Of a stretch of DNA of 64,000 nucleotides, positions 20,248-29,714 are shown piece by piece. This stretch comes from an uncultured bacterium. GTDB lineage: Bacteria > Krumholzibacteriota > Krumholzibacteriia > Krumholzibacteriales > Krumholzibacteriaceae. The number at the start of each line of letters is the position of its first letter. Position 1 is the first letter of the stretch. The DNA lies in contig CAVVEY010000019.1 of assembly GCA_963747385.1 (NCBI GenBank), forward strand, positions 69,048 to 133,047, given 5' to 3'. The translations under genes and the position numbers were made by a program. The notes under the pieces are model-generated. The model searched no databases, was not told where the DNA came from, and was given only the letters and a program-made list of their open reading frames with translations.

Positions 20248-22074
20248 CTAGCCCTTTTCCTTGAAAAGTTCCCCGTCGAATTCCTCGATCAGGCGCTTGA
20301 TGACGGGGGCGTCCCCCGCGATCGCGTCGAGCGCCGGATCGGCCGCCCGGGCCTTCGGGGTCCTCGGCGCCTGTGTCTTCGGCGCCCGCGCGTCGGGCCC
20401 CTCGGCGGCGCTCTTCTGCCCCTCCGCGACCGATTCGAAATGCTCCGACGCCTGAATGACGACCTTCCTGCCGAAGAATTTCTCGGCGTGAAATTCGATG
20501 AAACGCCTGTTTTTCTCCTCATGCACCATCTCCCGGGCGAAACGGTTCTGGGGGCTGAAAGACAGGCTGAGAATGTTTTCCGAGAATCTCTCGACCCGGG
20601 CGGACATGAGCCAGATGCCGAGGGTGAGCTTGGTCTCCCGTATCTGCGAGAGAAAGCGCTCCCAGGCCTCTTTCCCGCCCAGCTCGCGAAGGACCTTGTC
20701 CTCCTCGGCCGTGCGCACGACCGGCGCCGCCGAGGGATCGAGACGCGCGAAGGCGCCTGAGGACGCCGGGGCGGCGTCCTTTTCGACGATCGCCGCGCGC
20801 GGCTGCTCCGCGGGCGCCGGGCGACGAGCCTCCGCCGCCTGCGTCGCGGGCGCCGCAGGCTCGAGACGCTGCGGCCGGGCCGGCGGTCCAGGATCGGCCT
20901 TTCGCTCCCGCGCGGGTCCGCCGGGAACGGCCGGTCCCCCCGATGAGTCGAGGCGCCGGATAAGCTCCGAGATCTCGACGGCCGATTCCCACGAGGCCGC
21001 TTCCATGAAAGCGGCTTCGAGCAGATAGCGCGGCTGGCCCGAGGCCTTGAGATCGCGATAGACCCTCGCGGCGGCGCGGAACAGGTAGAGCAGATCCTCC
21101 GTCCTGAACGCCTTTCCAAGCCCCGAGAATTCGGCGATCTCTCCCTGCGAGAGATCCAGGAAATCCGCGGCCTCGTTCCCCTCGACGCTCAGGACGAGGA
21201 GATTTCGAAGCCCCTCGACGTACGCGAGGAAGAACTCCTCGAGATCGAGACCCGAGTCGACCGCCCGATCGACGATCGCGAGCGTACCCTTCCGGTCGCG
21301 CTCCCCGATAGCCCTGAGAAGATCGATGACGAGCTGCGAATCGACGAGGCCGAGCACCCGGCGCACGAGAGCCAGATCGACCGAGCCCTCGCTCGCGGCG
21401 AGGCACTGATCGAGAAGGCTCTCCCCGTCGCGCATGCTCCCCTCGGCGCGCCGGGAAATCAGCGTGAGCGCCTCCCCCTCGAACGCGATCTTCTCGAGGG
21501 CGCAGATCTTCTCGAGCTGCGAGGAGATCTCCTTCAGCTCGAGCCTCTTGAAATTGAATCGCTGGCAGCGCGAGAGAATCGTCGTGGGAACCTTGTGCGG
21601 CTCGGTGGTCGCGAAGATGAGATAGACGTGGACGGGAGGCTCCTCGAGCGTCTTGAGGAGCGCGTTGAACGCCTGCGGCGTCAGCATGTGGACTTCGTCG
21701 ATGATGTATATCTTGGAGCGCCCCTGCGACGGCGCGTAGCTTATCTTCTCCCGCAGGTCGCGGATCTCGTCGATGCCGCGGTTTGAAGCGCCGTCGATCT
21801 CGATGACGTCGAGGTGGCGTCCCGCGGTGATCGCCTCGCAGGACGAACACGCGTTGCACGGCTCGGCTCCGTTGGGCTTTTCGCAGTTGATGATCTTGGC
21901 GAGGAGGCGCGCCGTCGTCGTCTTGCCGCATCCCCGCGGGCCCGAGAAGAGGTACGCGTGGGCGACCCTCTCCTTCTCGACGGCCTTCTTGAGCGTTTCG
22001 GTGATGTGCTCCTGGCCGACGACTTCCGAGAAGGTCTGCGGTCTCCACTTTCGCGCGAGAACGAGATAGGACAT
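20248..22074 (-). CDS. dnaX: DNA polymerase III subunits gamma/tau
   Basis: WRPQTFSEVVGQEHI, GPRGCGKTT Walker A, zinc module CNACSSCEAI, 608 aa. Confidence 0.95.
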   Translation of the reverse strand: MSYLVLARKWRPQTFSEVVGQEHITETLKKAVEKERVAHAYLFSGPRGCGKTTTARLLAKIINCEKPNGAEPCNACSSCEAITAGRHLDVIEIDGASNRGIDEIRDLREKISYAPSQGRSKIYIIDEVHMLTPQAFNALLKTLEEPPVHVYLIFATTEPHKVPTTILSRCQRFNFKRLELKEISSQLEKICALEKIAFEGEALTLISRRAEGSMRDGESLLDQCLAASEGSVDLALVRRVLGLVDSQLVIDLLRAIGERDRKGTLAIVDRAVDSGLDLEEFFLAYVEGLRNLLVLSVEGNEAADFLDLSQGEIAEFSGLGKAFRTEDLLYLFRAAARVYRDLKASGQPRYLLEAAFMEAASWESAVEISELIRRLDSSGGPAVPGGPARERKADPGPPARPQRLEPAAPATQAAEARRPAPAEQPRAAIVEKDAAPASSGAFARLDPSAAPVVRTAEEDKVLRELGGKEAWERFLSQIRETKLTLGIWLMSARVERFSENILSLSFSPQNRFAREMVHEEKNRRFIEFHAEKFFGRKVVIQASEHFESVAEGQKSAAEGPDARAPKTQAPRTPKARAADPALDAIAGDAPVIKRLIEEFDGELFKEKG

Positions 22075-22099
22075 GGTCCAGCGCCTTCAGTTGCGGTTC

Positions 22100-22365
22100 C
22101 GTAGGAGATCGTGCACCCGGCTTTGTAAGGCGCCCTCGGCTCTTACAACGGGGTTAGCTCCTGCCAGGGAAATCCGCGGCACATGAGAGTGGCTGCGTAC
22201 CGCTGCTACCTTCCGGTCCTGACGGGTTTGGCAGGTTCCCATTGCGCGGGACCTGACCATCAACACCACGTTCCGTCGTCGATCGCTCGAGAACCACGCT
22301 CCCTCGGCCAGGAATTCGACCCCGCTAGAGCGGTTTGCGGGTACAGGGCACCGCTACCTCCCCGT
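22100..22365 (-). ncRNA. ffs: Signal recognition particle RNA (long form; boundaries approximate)
   Basis: Minus strand contains GUCAGGACCGGAAGGUAGCAGC, matching the conserved domain IV motif (GUCAGGUCCGGAAGGAAGCAGC). It lies directly upstream of dnaX. Its ~260-nt extent suggests an Alu-domain-containing form. Confidence 0.6.
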
Positions 22366-22392
22366 CTAGCACGATCCCCAAAAAAATAAATT

Positions 22393-22468
22393 GGTGGAGA
22401 TGATCGGGTTCGAACCGACGACCCCCTCGTTGCGAACGAGGTGCTCTCCCAGCTGAGCTACATCCCCA
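22393..22468 (-). tRNA. tRNA-Ala (anticodon CGC), CCA encoded
   Basis: GGGGAUGUAGCUCAGCUGGGAGAGC...UUCGCAA anticodon loop... with G3:U70 alanine identity pair. Confidence 0.9.
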
Positions 22469-22520
22469 CCCTGGACTACTATTATTACCGTTTCGTATGC
22501 CGTCCGGCAAGGCATTTCAT

Positions 22521-22610
22521 GGCGGAGAGAGAGGGATTCGAACCCTCGGAGCAGTCACCTGCTCAACGGTTTTCGAGACCGTCCCATTCAACCGCTCTGG
22601 CATCTCTCCG
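22521..22610 (-). tRNA. tRNA-Ser (anticodon CGA), long variable arm, CCA encoded
   Basis: Anticodon stem-loop ACGGU-CUCGAAA-ACCGU. 90 nt with extra arm. Confidence 0.85.
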
Positions 22611-22660
22611 CACATCGATCGTACTCGACCGGCCGCTGCGCGGCGGCTCTCGTATAAAAT

Positions 22661-22752
22661 GGCGGAGAGAGAGGGATTCGAACCCTCGGAGGGTATTTCT
22701 CCCTCACACGATTTCCAATCGTGCCGATTAAGCCAGCTCTCGCATCTCTCCG
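22661..22752 (-). tRNA. tRNA-Ser (anticodon GGA), long variable arm, CCA encoded
   Basis: Anticodon stem-loop CACGA-UUGGAAA-UCGUG. Acceptor/T arm are near-identical to the neighbouring tRNA-Ser(CGA), with 32 identical nt at the 3' end. Confidence 0.85.
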
Positions 22753-22759
22753 TCTATCG

Positions 22760-23212
22760 CTATCCCGAGCGCACACCCTCGAAGAATTTCTGCAGAAGCG
22801 AAAGGCATTCCGCTTCCCGCACCCCTCCGGCAACTTCGATGCGGTGGTTGAAAAGCCCCGCCTCGTGAAAGTTGTCGATCGATCCGCAGGCGCCGCTCCG
22901 CGGCTGCTTCGCGCCGAATACGACGCGGCCCACGCGGGAAAGATAGAAGGCCCCCATGCACATATGGCACGGTTCGACGGTGACGTACACGGTGCAGCCG
23001 TCGAGGCGCCAATCGCCGAGAACCCGGGACGCGGCGTCGATCGCGACTATCTCGGCGTGCGCCGTTGCGCGCCCTCTCGCCTCGACCCTGTTGTATCCCC
23101 GGGCGACGACCCTATCGTCCCTCACGACGACGGCGCCGATGGGAACCTCGCTCTTCCGGAAGGCCTTCGAGGCCTCCGCGAGCGCCTCCCCCATCCACCG
23201 ATCGTCGTCCAT
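22760..23212 (-). CDS. tadA: tRNA-specific adenosine deaminase
   Basis: HAEIVAI and VEPCHMCMGA zinc-binding CDA motifs. 150 aa from Met at 23210-23212. Confidence 0.85.
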   Translation of the reverse strand: MDDDRWMGEALAEASKAFRKSEVPIGAVVVRDDRVVARGYNRVEARGRATAHAEIVAIDAASRVLGDWRLDGCTVYVTVEPCHMCMGAFYLSRVGRVVFGAKQPRSGACGSIDNFHEAGLFNHRIEVAGGVREAECLSLLQKFFEGVRSG

Positions 23213-23922
23213 TACCGCGTCGCGGCGCGGGGCGGAAGAGCGCCCACGATCGATTGGAGCACGAGCATCGCGACGTCGTCGAAAGGAGGCGCGCCATACT
23301 GGTCGCGTCCCGTTCCCGTGACGCCGCCGACCCGCCGGTCGACGCCATAGGTCGAAACGACGCTCCGGGCCTCGCTCCGCACCGCTTCTCTGTAATTCTC
23401 GTCGCTCGATTCCCAGACTATCTTGCCCGAGCTCATATCGATGAGCGTGAGCGTCGCGCCCACCTGCGTAACGGAGGAAGTGGCTTCCTCGCGATAATCG
23501 GCCTCGTCCTTGTGCCAGAGGTACACCAGGGGAACGAGGACCAACTCGATATTCAGCGAGAGCTTGAGCTCCCGCAGGAACTCCTTGTCGACCTCGTGCT
23601 TCGTCGCCCATAGATTCTTGAAGGCGGCGTAGCTCTCCCCGAGCTTCCCCCGCATGACGGCTCCCTGGAACTGCTCTGACGACACGAACTTATAGTCACC
23701 GCGCTCGCTCAGGAGCTCGGCGAGAGTCCTGTTCATGATGCGCTCGGCCTGCTGCTGGGGATCCTCTCCCTCGATGACGGAACTGATGAAGGGAGCGATG
23801 AGAATCCCGCTTACGGCGTTCGGGTCGAACGTCGGATCGCTCTTGATCGTCGAGGGATGCGGAGGCTTGCAGCCCGCGAGAAGGACGAGCATAACCGCCG
23901 AAAAGACCATGAGTTTCTTCAT
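23212..23922 (-). CDS. Hypothetical lipoprotein
   Basis: MKKLMVFSAVMLVLLAGC lipobox. The stop overlaps the tadA start by 1 nt. Confidence 0.5.
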   Translation of the reverse strand: MKKLMVFSAVMLVLLAGCKPPHPSTIKSDPTFDPNAVSGILIAPFISSVIEGEDPQQQAERIMNRTLAELLSERGDYKFVSSEQFQGAVMRGKLGESYAAFKNLWATKHEVDKEFLRELKLSLNIELVLVPLVYLWHKDEADYREEATSSVTQVGATLTLIDMSSGKIVWESSDENYREAVRSEARSVVSTYGVDRRVGGVTGTGRDQYGAPPFDDVAMLVLQSIVGALPPRAATR

Positions 23923-24026
23923 ATCGCCATTCCTTGATATACGCCCGCGGATACCCGCATAACCATTGGGGGCATGAGAAGATATAATCATGCGACCCCC
24001 GCGTTGTCAATATTGAAAGGGATAGG

Positions 24027-24074
24027 GGGACTCCCCGATCGCAGGATCGAAGGCCCGCGCGATCGGGGAGTCCC
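24027..24074 (-). terminator. 16-bp perfect inverted repeat (gggactccccgatcgc / gcgatcggggagtccc), putative terminator of the pilin operon
   Basis: Located 38 nt downstream of the PilX stop. On the minus strand it is followed by CCUAUCCCUUUCAAUAUU. Confidence 0.5.
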
Positions 24075-24111
24075 GTGTCGAATCCGGCGGCCCCGGACAG
24101 TCTCCGGCGGC

Positions 24112-25464
24112 CTACCAGACGTTGAGCGAGATATCGGTCGAGGGGTCGACCTCGGTCCAGGCGACCTTCTCGACCTGGCCCGTCGTCGGGAAGGCCGGCG
24201 GCGGGTTGTCCATCAGCCGGGAGTCGTACGAGTAGGCCTTCTCGTATCCGGTCACGATCGCCCCGGTCGAGCTGTTGAACGTGCCGACCGCGCCTCTCTT
24301 CTTCTGGATGATGCCCCCATAGACGATGAGCTTGCCTCTCGGGGAACCCGAGTTGTAGTTCTGGACCGTCCATGAGGTGTTGAGCGCCATGATGGCCGCC
24401 ATGACCGTCTCGTCCGCCGTGTCGAGATTGGCGGTCGAGTTCCACATGATGACGTTCAAGTCGGAGACGAGACCGAGGAGATCGCTCGAGGTCGGATCGG
24501 TCCTCGGATCGGTGTTGTAAACGAGATTATCCATGATCCTGATGTCCCCGTTGGACCCGACGGTCACCTGTCCCTTGATCTTCCCTTCCACCTGCGCGGT
24601 GCCCTGCACGTAGATGACGCCGTTCGAGGGATACGCCATCGTGTTGTAGGCGCCGCCGTTGATCGATACCGAGAGCGACCGGTTGCCGCCGGCGTCCACG
24701 AGGAACTTGATATAGACGGGATTCCCGGTGAGCTTGAGGCCCCCCGACTCGTTGGCCTTGTTGAGAATCATCGACGTGTTCGTCGGAAGCGGTATGCGCG
24801 ACGCGTTGAGCGTGAGCCCGCCGAGGAATTGCGGGTTGTCGCTCGGCGGCCCGCCGTTGTAGTAATCGATCGTCGCCGCGTTGCTCGAGGCCTCTTCGTG
24901 GAATTTCGGGCTTCCGTAGATGTGCATCTGGTCGTTCGTGTGCAGGGGCCCGAAGAACTCGTCCTTCGTGACGAACCAGATCGTCGATCCTCCCGCGTCC
25001 TTCTCCATGTCCGAGAAATACGCGTATCTGGCGAAATTCTGCTGACCCACTTTAACCTGGAGGCACTTCGTCATTCCGCTCCCGTTAAGGGTGGCCCGCA
25101 CCGTCACCGCGACGAACCGGGTGGGATTGCCCGTATTGGAGTCGAGCGGATCGAGGTACGTGGTTACCGTTCCCTCGTTGTAGAGCGATACGTTGTCGTA
25201 AAGCAGAAACGGCCCGTTCAGCATGGTGCCTGTGCCGCGAAAAGGGATCGCGAGCTGCGACAGGTAGTTTATGCTCTTCTCCGCTCCCGCCTCGGCGAGA
25301 TAGAAGGCCCGCTTGTCGAGCATCTCGTTGGTGGCGATCTGGGTCTCGTTGACCGAGATCGAGCTCACCCCCATGACGATCGCCGTCAAGGCCATGAGGA
25401 TCAGAATGACGATGACGAGCGCCGTCCCGTTCTCGTTCGATTGTCTCATGCGTGCGTGATTCAT
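24112..25464 (-). CDS. pilX: Type IV pilus assembly protein PilX-like (PilX_N-type N-terminal helix)
   Basis: N-terminus NGTALVIVILILMALTAIVMGVSSISVNETQIATN is the PilX N-terminal signature. Last gene of a minor pilin operon. Confidence 0.65.
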   Translation of the reverse strand: MNHARMRQSNENGTALVIVILILMALTAIVMGVSSISVNETQIATNEMLDKRAFYLAEAGAEKSINYLSQLAIPFRGTGTMLNGPFLLYDNVSLYNEGTVTTYLDPLDSNTGNPTRFVAVTVRATLNGSGMTKCLQVKVGQQNFARYAYFSDMEKDAGGSTIWFVTKDEFFGPLHTNDQMHIYGSPKFHEEASSNAATIDYYNGGPPSDNPQFLGGLTLNASRIPLPTNTSMILNKANESGGLKLTGNPVYIKFLVDAGGNRSLSVSINGGAYNTMAYPSNGVIYVQGTAQVEGKIKGQVTVGSNGDIRIMDNLVYNTDPRTDPTSSDLLGLVSDLNVIMWNSTANLDTADETVMAAIMALNTSWTVQNYNSGSPRGKLIVYGGIIQKKRGAVGTFNSSTGAIVTGYEKAYSYDSRLMDNPPPAFPTTGQVEKVAWTEVDPSTDISLNVW

Positions 25465-25488
25465 CTCGCTTCACCTTTCTGTCCCCGG

Positions 25489-28400
25489 CTACGGGGTGAC
25501 CGGTCTCTCCCTGACGACGAAATCGTCGATATTCCAGCCTGCGTAGGGCCGCTGCCCGTCGGACTTCAGTCTGAAACGGACCACGACGTTGTCATCCTGA
25601 TCGGCCCATTGAGATATGTCGAGCTGCACGAAGACCCAGGCGTTGTCCGTGATCGCGGACGGGTTCTGCCAGACCACGTTCCACGGTCCGGCGGTGCCGT
25701 TATTGCTCACTTCCACATATGCCTGATCGTATGCCGGGCCCTCGACGTTGAGCCACCGGTAGAACTGGATCACCACGTTCGAGTGTCCCCAGCAGTCGAG
25801 CACCGGCGTCCTGAGCGTGTTCTCCACGTTGTTCACATAGCGCCCGTTCGAGGTCCCCGCCCCGAGATCGTTGCCGTACACGTTCGTGCCGCCGTGCGCG
25901 GCGCCCGGATCGCTGTTGCCGTAGGTCTGCGATTTGACGTACGGCAGCCCCCTCTGCCAGTCGTTCTCGGTTCGGACCCTTGCGCTGACCCAGCTCTTGT
26001 TCGTCTCGAAATCGTCCTCGAAGACGATGTACGAGCTCGGGTTCTGCGAAATCGAATACACGGGGCCCGCGATGTTGGAGTTGACCGACTCCTTCGTGCC
26101 GTCGCTCGCCCGCACCACGTAGTAGTAGCCGACGCCGTCCAGGGGCGGGTCGCTGCTGAAGGTCCGGTCGTCGTAGAAGACGTAGCTCAAGGCGCCGGTC
26201 GCCGACTTCGTACCCACGAACGTGCCGAATCCGCCCTGCGCGCTCGTCTCGCGATAGATCCTGTAGATGATAACGTTGCTCGTGCAGTGGCCGTCGTCCG
26301 CGGAACGGTCGAACGTCACGGTGATGCTTCTCCCCGCGTCCAACGGAGTGTCCTCCACGCCGGTGATCCGCGGCGCGCCCGGCTCGCCGTCCGACATCGT
26401 GTAGCCCTGGTTCGAAGGCGCCGATTCCCGGCTGTTCGCCCGGTCGCCCGCCGTCGCGAAGTAGTAATAGAATTCTCCGATGACCGGCGGCGAAGAGGGA
26501 TTCGACGCGGGCCCGTCCACGAAGGCATACGTTTCCTTTTTGCCGGCCTCGACCTCTGCCACGGCGGAAGGATCGAGCAATTCTCCCATCCGGTAGACGG
26601 TATAATGCGAGACGCCGCCCCCCGTGACGTCCTGCGGCGATCGTTCCCACGTGACGCTCACCGCGCCCGTCGCGTCGCAGAGAATGTCGTTCGCCTGGAG
26701 GTTTTCCGGAGGATCGATCAGCGTGTTCCTCAGCGGTATGCCGGTTTCTTCGTTCGAGGGAACCGAGGCGTCGATGGTGTGCGTCCAGACGCAGTACGTA
26801 TAGCTGAGGCCTCGCGACAGACCGTCGTCGACGATCGAGTAGGTCGGCGAATCGGTCGCCGGCACGGTCCTCACCGTCGCGAAATTCAGATCGCTTGTCG
26901 ACTTTCTCTTCACTTCATACTCGACGACCGGATTCGGGAAACAGGTCTCGGAGGGGGATCTCTTCCACGTCACGGTCAGGGCCGTGCCCTCGTCGTCGGG
27001 GAAATCCACGACCTGCGTGATCTGGCACGCGGATATGCTTCCCGAAAAATAGACCGCGCCGTACTCGTTCGAATCGATCGACGGTATGCTGTCGGTCGAA
27101 ACGGCCCGGGCGACGTAATAGTAGTAGCTCCCCGGGGTCGGAGGAGTCAGCGCGACGTTGTTCGTGGAATTGTCGCGAAAGGTGTAATAGTTGGAGCCGT
27201 CCGCCGTGATCTTGCCGATGTACGCCTTCGAGAGAATGCCTCCGCCTTTCGTCGATCCGCGGTATACGTTGTACTTCTGGACGGTGCCGCCGGAGGACAG
27301 ATCGTCCGGCGACTTGCGGACGACGACCGAAATCTCGTTGATCGCGTCGCAGGGCGTGTCGAAGGCGCTCTCGATGACCGGCGGCTGGGGACCGTTCGGC
27401 AGAGCGCGCAGCGGGCCGACCATGTTCGACGGATTCGATTCCTGGGGCCTGCAATCCCAGGCGGTCGCCATGTAATAGTAGGGCGTGTCGATCACGGGCC
27501 CTCCGCCCGGCGTATGGCTATCGTCGTTGATCGTGTACGTGGCGGCGGCGGTCGGGGTGACCGAGTTGATGCAGGTCCACTCGATCTGGCCTTCCTCCCG
27601 GCGGTACACGGTGTAATTGTCGATGTCCTTCTCTCCGGCCGTTTCGTCGGCCGATTTCGAGAACGTGAGCGTGATGCTCTCGCCCGCGTCACGCGGCGTA
27701 TCGACGCCGCTCAGGCCGGTCGGCGAATCGGGAGGATCGCCGCAGGCGTGCAGATTGACGCTCCCCGTTCCCACGTTCCTCGGCCGGATCTTGCTCGTCA
27801 TCACGATGGACCGGTATTTCCGTTCGGTGCCGCTCGTGCTGTGCGGGCCGACGTAGCTCGCTTCCATGTTGGGGGATTCGGCCTCGATGCCCACCGCCAC
27901 CTCGATGATCTTGCTCAGCAGGTTCTGGGGAACGCGGGTCAACGCCGCGATCTCCGCCTGGCTCAAGGAGCCGTCGCTGTTCGCGTCTCCCCAGAGCCGG
28001 ATCGTGCCGTTGCTGAGGAAATCGCCGTAATACTTGAACAGCGGCTCGGGCAGCTGGCCGTCCGGATAGTTCTCTCTCCCGCGAAGGCCGTACGCGATCA
28101 TGTCGATACGCGCGCCGTTTTCCTCGCGCATGAGCGCGTAATCGGACGGATTCTGCGTCTCCGTGTAGCGATCGGACGAGTTCACGATCCCGTTCGCGTC
28201 GCGGTCGAAGGTGTAGCGGATCGTCTCGGCGCCGTTGTTGTACCGGTCGCGGGTCCCGATGTTCTCGCCCGGATAGTCGCCCGGCGAGTAGAACGCGCCG
28301 CTGCTGAGAGGAACGGACTGGCTCACGCTCATCGAGGGAACGCCGAAGGGACCGCTCGAAGCGTCCGCGTTGAATATCACCTGATACGGAGCGGCGTCGA

Positions 28401-28644
28401 CGAATATCGGCTGGTTGTCGAAATCGTCGATGTTCGTTCCCGCGAGACGCAGATCCCTCGTGAGCGTTTCGAGCGAAACGCTCGCGTTCTGCTGCGCGCT
28501 CACGATCTGGTTCTGCGCTTCCCCCGCCTTTTTCTGCGAGGTGAGCACGTTGTAGGAAATCATGATGAGGAGCGCGCTGACGGTGAGCGCGATCATCATC
28601 TCGAGCAACGAAAATCCGCGGTTACTGTTCGACCGGTTGTTCAT
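25489..28644 (-). CDS. Giant (1051 aa) prepilin-type protein: class III signal (G|FSLLEMMIALTVSALL) + Fn3-like repeats + C-terminal jelly-roll (LamG/MAM-like) domain; putative pilus-tip adhesin occupying the PilW/PilY1 position
   Basis: N-terminal prepilin cleavage/methylation motif. Recurrent ~90-aa segments carry Y-x-V-Y-R motifs (YTVYRREEG, YNVYRGSTKGG, YEVKRKSTSD, YTVYRMGE, IYRIYRETSAQGG). C-terminal W/aromatic-rich beta-sandwich-like region. Confidence 0.6.
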   Translation of the reverse strand: MNNRSNSNRGFSLLEMMIALTVSALLIMISYNVLTSQKKAGEAQNQIVSAQQNASVSLETLTRDLRLAGTNIDDFDNQPIFVDAAPYQVIFNADASSGPFGVPSMSVSQSVPLSSGAFYSPGDYPGENIGTRDRYNNGAETIRYTFDRDANGIVNSSDRYTETQNPSDYALMREENGARIDMIAYGLRGRENYPDGQLPEPLFKYYGDFLSNGTIRLWGDANSDGSLSQAEIAALTRVPQNLLSKIIEVAVGIEAESPNMEASYVGPHSTSGTERKYRSIVMTSKIRPRNVGTGSVNLHACGDPPDSPTGLSGVDTPRDAGESITLTFSKSADETAGEKDIDNYTVYRREEGQIEWTCINSVTPTAAATYTINDDSHTPGGGPVIDTPYYYMATAWDCRPQESNPSNMVGPLRALPNGPQPPVIESAFDTPCDAINEISVVVRKSPDDLSSGGTVQKYNVYRGSTKGGGILSKAYIGKITADGSNYYTFRDNSTNNVALTPPTPGSYYYYVARAVSTDSIPSIDSNEYGAVYFSGSISACQITQVVDFPDDEGTALTVTWKRSPSETCFPNPVVEYEVKRKSTSDLNFATVRTVPATDSPTYSIVDDGLSRGLSYTYCVWTHTIDASVPSNEETGIPLRNTLIDPPENLQANDILCDATGAVSVTWERSPQDVTGGGVSHYTVYRMGELLDPSAVAEVEAGKKETYAFVDGPASNPSSPPVIGEFYYYFATAGDRANSRESAPSNQGYTMSDGEPGAPRITGVEDTPLDAGRSITVTFDRSADDGHCTSNVIIYRIYRETSAQGGFGTFVGTKSATGALSYVFYDDRTFSSDPPLDGVGYYYVVRASDGTKESVNSNIAGPVYSISQNPSSYIVFEDDFETNKSWVSARVRTENDWQRGLPYVKSQTYGNSDPGAAHGGTNVYGNDLGAGTSNGRYVNNVENTLRTPVLDCWGHSNVVIQFYRWLNVEGPAYDQAYVEVSNNGTAGPWNVVWQNPSAITDNAWVFVQLDISQWADQDDNVVVRFRLKSDGQRPYAGWNIDDFVVRERPVTP

Positions 28645-28660
28645 GATCCATCACTCCGCA

Positions 28661-29098
28661 TTAAAGCTTGATATCCTTGAACCTGCTGATGCTCGAACGT
28701 ATCTGTGCGTTCCGGGCCGTGCCGTTGTCTCGCCATTCTACACGGACGGTCACTTCCTTCATGACGCTCGTGCCGAGAGCGTCCACGGAGTCGGCGATCG
28801 CCACCGCCCTCCGGAAAAAGGAGTAATCGGGCTTTCCGCCTTCGATGGTGCCGTAGTCCTCGGTGGGAAACGAAGCCGCCGTGATGGCGTCGTAGCGCAT
28901 GCTGCTCAGAATCTGCTCCATCCGCTGATTGGCCAGATTGGTGGCGACGACGACGTGCTTCGACCGCGTATTGGAATGCATCGCCTGGAACATGACGCGC
29001 GTGAGGCTCAGGACTCCCACGGCGAAGATGGTCATGGCGACGAGAATCTCCACGAGGGACATCCCCGCATCGCTTCCAAAAAGCCTCTTCATCCGCAT
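28661..29098 (-). CDS. pilV: Type IV minor pilin PilV-like
   Basis: Leader MRMKRLFGSDAG|MSLVEILVAMTIFAVGVLS. 145 aa. Confidence 0.7.
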   Translation of the reverse strand: MRMKRLFGSDAGMSLVEILVAMTIFAVGVLSLTRVMFQAMHSNTRSKHVVVATNLANQRMEQILSSMRYDAITAASFPTEDYGTIEGGKPDYSFFRRAVAIADSVDALGTSVMKEVTVRVEWRDNGTARNAQIRSSISRFKDIKL

Positions 29099-29123
29099 AA
29101 CGACCTCCGCTCGAATTTCGATA

Positions 29124-29714
29124 TCAGTTGTAAGACGGCCGCGCGAGAATGACCGTTCCGGTCGAGCGCCGCACGGCGAGCATCTGCTCCGAGCCCTTCT
29201 TCTGCGCCCGGAAATCCGCGTTCGACATGACGAAGATCAAACCTTCCTCGTTCGTGCTGCCGTTCGGGTAGAAAATCACGCGCGGAGGGGTCCCCGAAAA
29301 CGTGACGGGGCTCGTAACGTACGTGCCGTCCAGCCCGAGCGATCCGCCGATCAGCCCGAACACCTGTCCCGCGGGCAGCTCGTAGGGCCCATAGACCCTC
29401 TCGCCGTTGTCGGCCCTGTTGTTTCCCCGATTGGTCGGAACGAAGCCGGCGTCGGCGGGATTGCCTCCGCCCCCTCCGTCATCGTCCAGAATCGTTATCG
29501 TCGAAGCGGTGAGACTGAAATAGGCGATATAGTTGTTTCTCTCGTGGATGGCCCTGCCTCGGGCCTGCCGCAATATGCTCGCGACGAGCTGGGCGGTGTC
29601 CTTGGACTGGAAGTGACGCATGTACCTCATCACCGGCGGCGTTCCGACCGCGAGAACGAGGCCGATTATCGTCACCGCGACCATCAATTCGACAAGCGTG
29701 AATCCCTTTTTCAT
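29124..29714 (-). CDS. GspH/FimT/FimU-family minor pseudopilin
   Basis: MKKGFTLVELMVAVTIIGLVLAVG prepilin N-terminus (Met at 29714). Size ~196 aa. First gene of the operon. Confidence 0.65.
   Translation of the reverse strand: MKKGFTLVELMVAVTIIGLVLAVGTPPVMRYMRHFQSKDTAQLVASILRQARGRAIHERNNYIAYFSLTASTITILDDDGGGGGNPADAGFVPTNRGNNRADNGERVYGPYELPAGQVFGLIGGSLGLDGTYVTSPVTFSGTPPRVIFYPNGSTNEEGLIFVMSNADFRAQKKGSEQMLAVRRSTGTVILARPSYN

Noticed and set aside
20289-22048. ORFs 20289..21119 and 20519..22048 (276 and 509 aa) on the minus strand
   Set aside because: Alternative frames of dnaX. Arg/Pro/Gly-rich, no motifs, while the dnaX frame (20248..22074) has intact AAA+ motifs.
24829-28671. 1280-aa plus-strand ORF
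   Set aside because: Antisense to pilX and the giant pilin-like gene. Arg/Val/Asp-rich low-complexity translation. The sense-strand genes carry clear prepilin signals, so this is a GC artifact.
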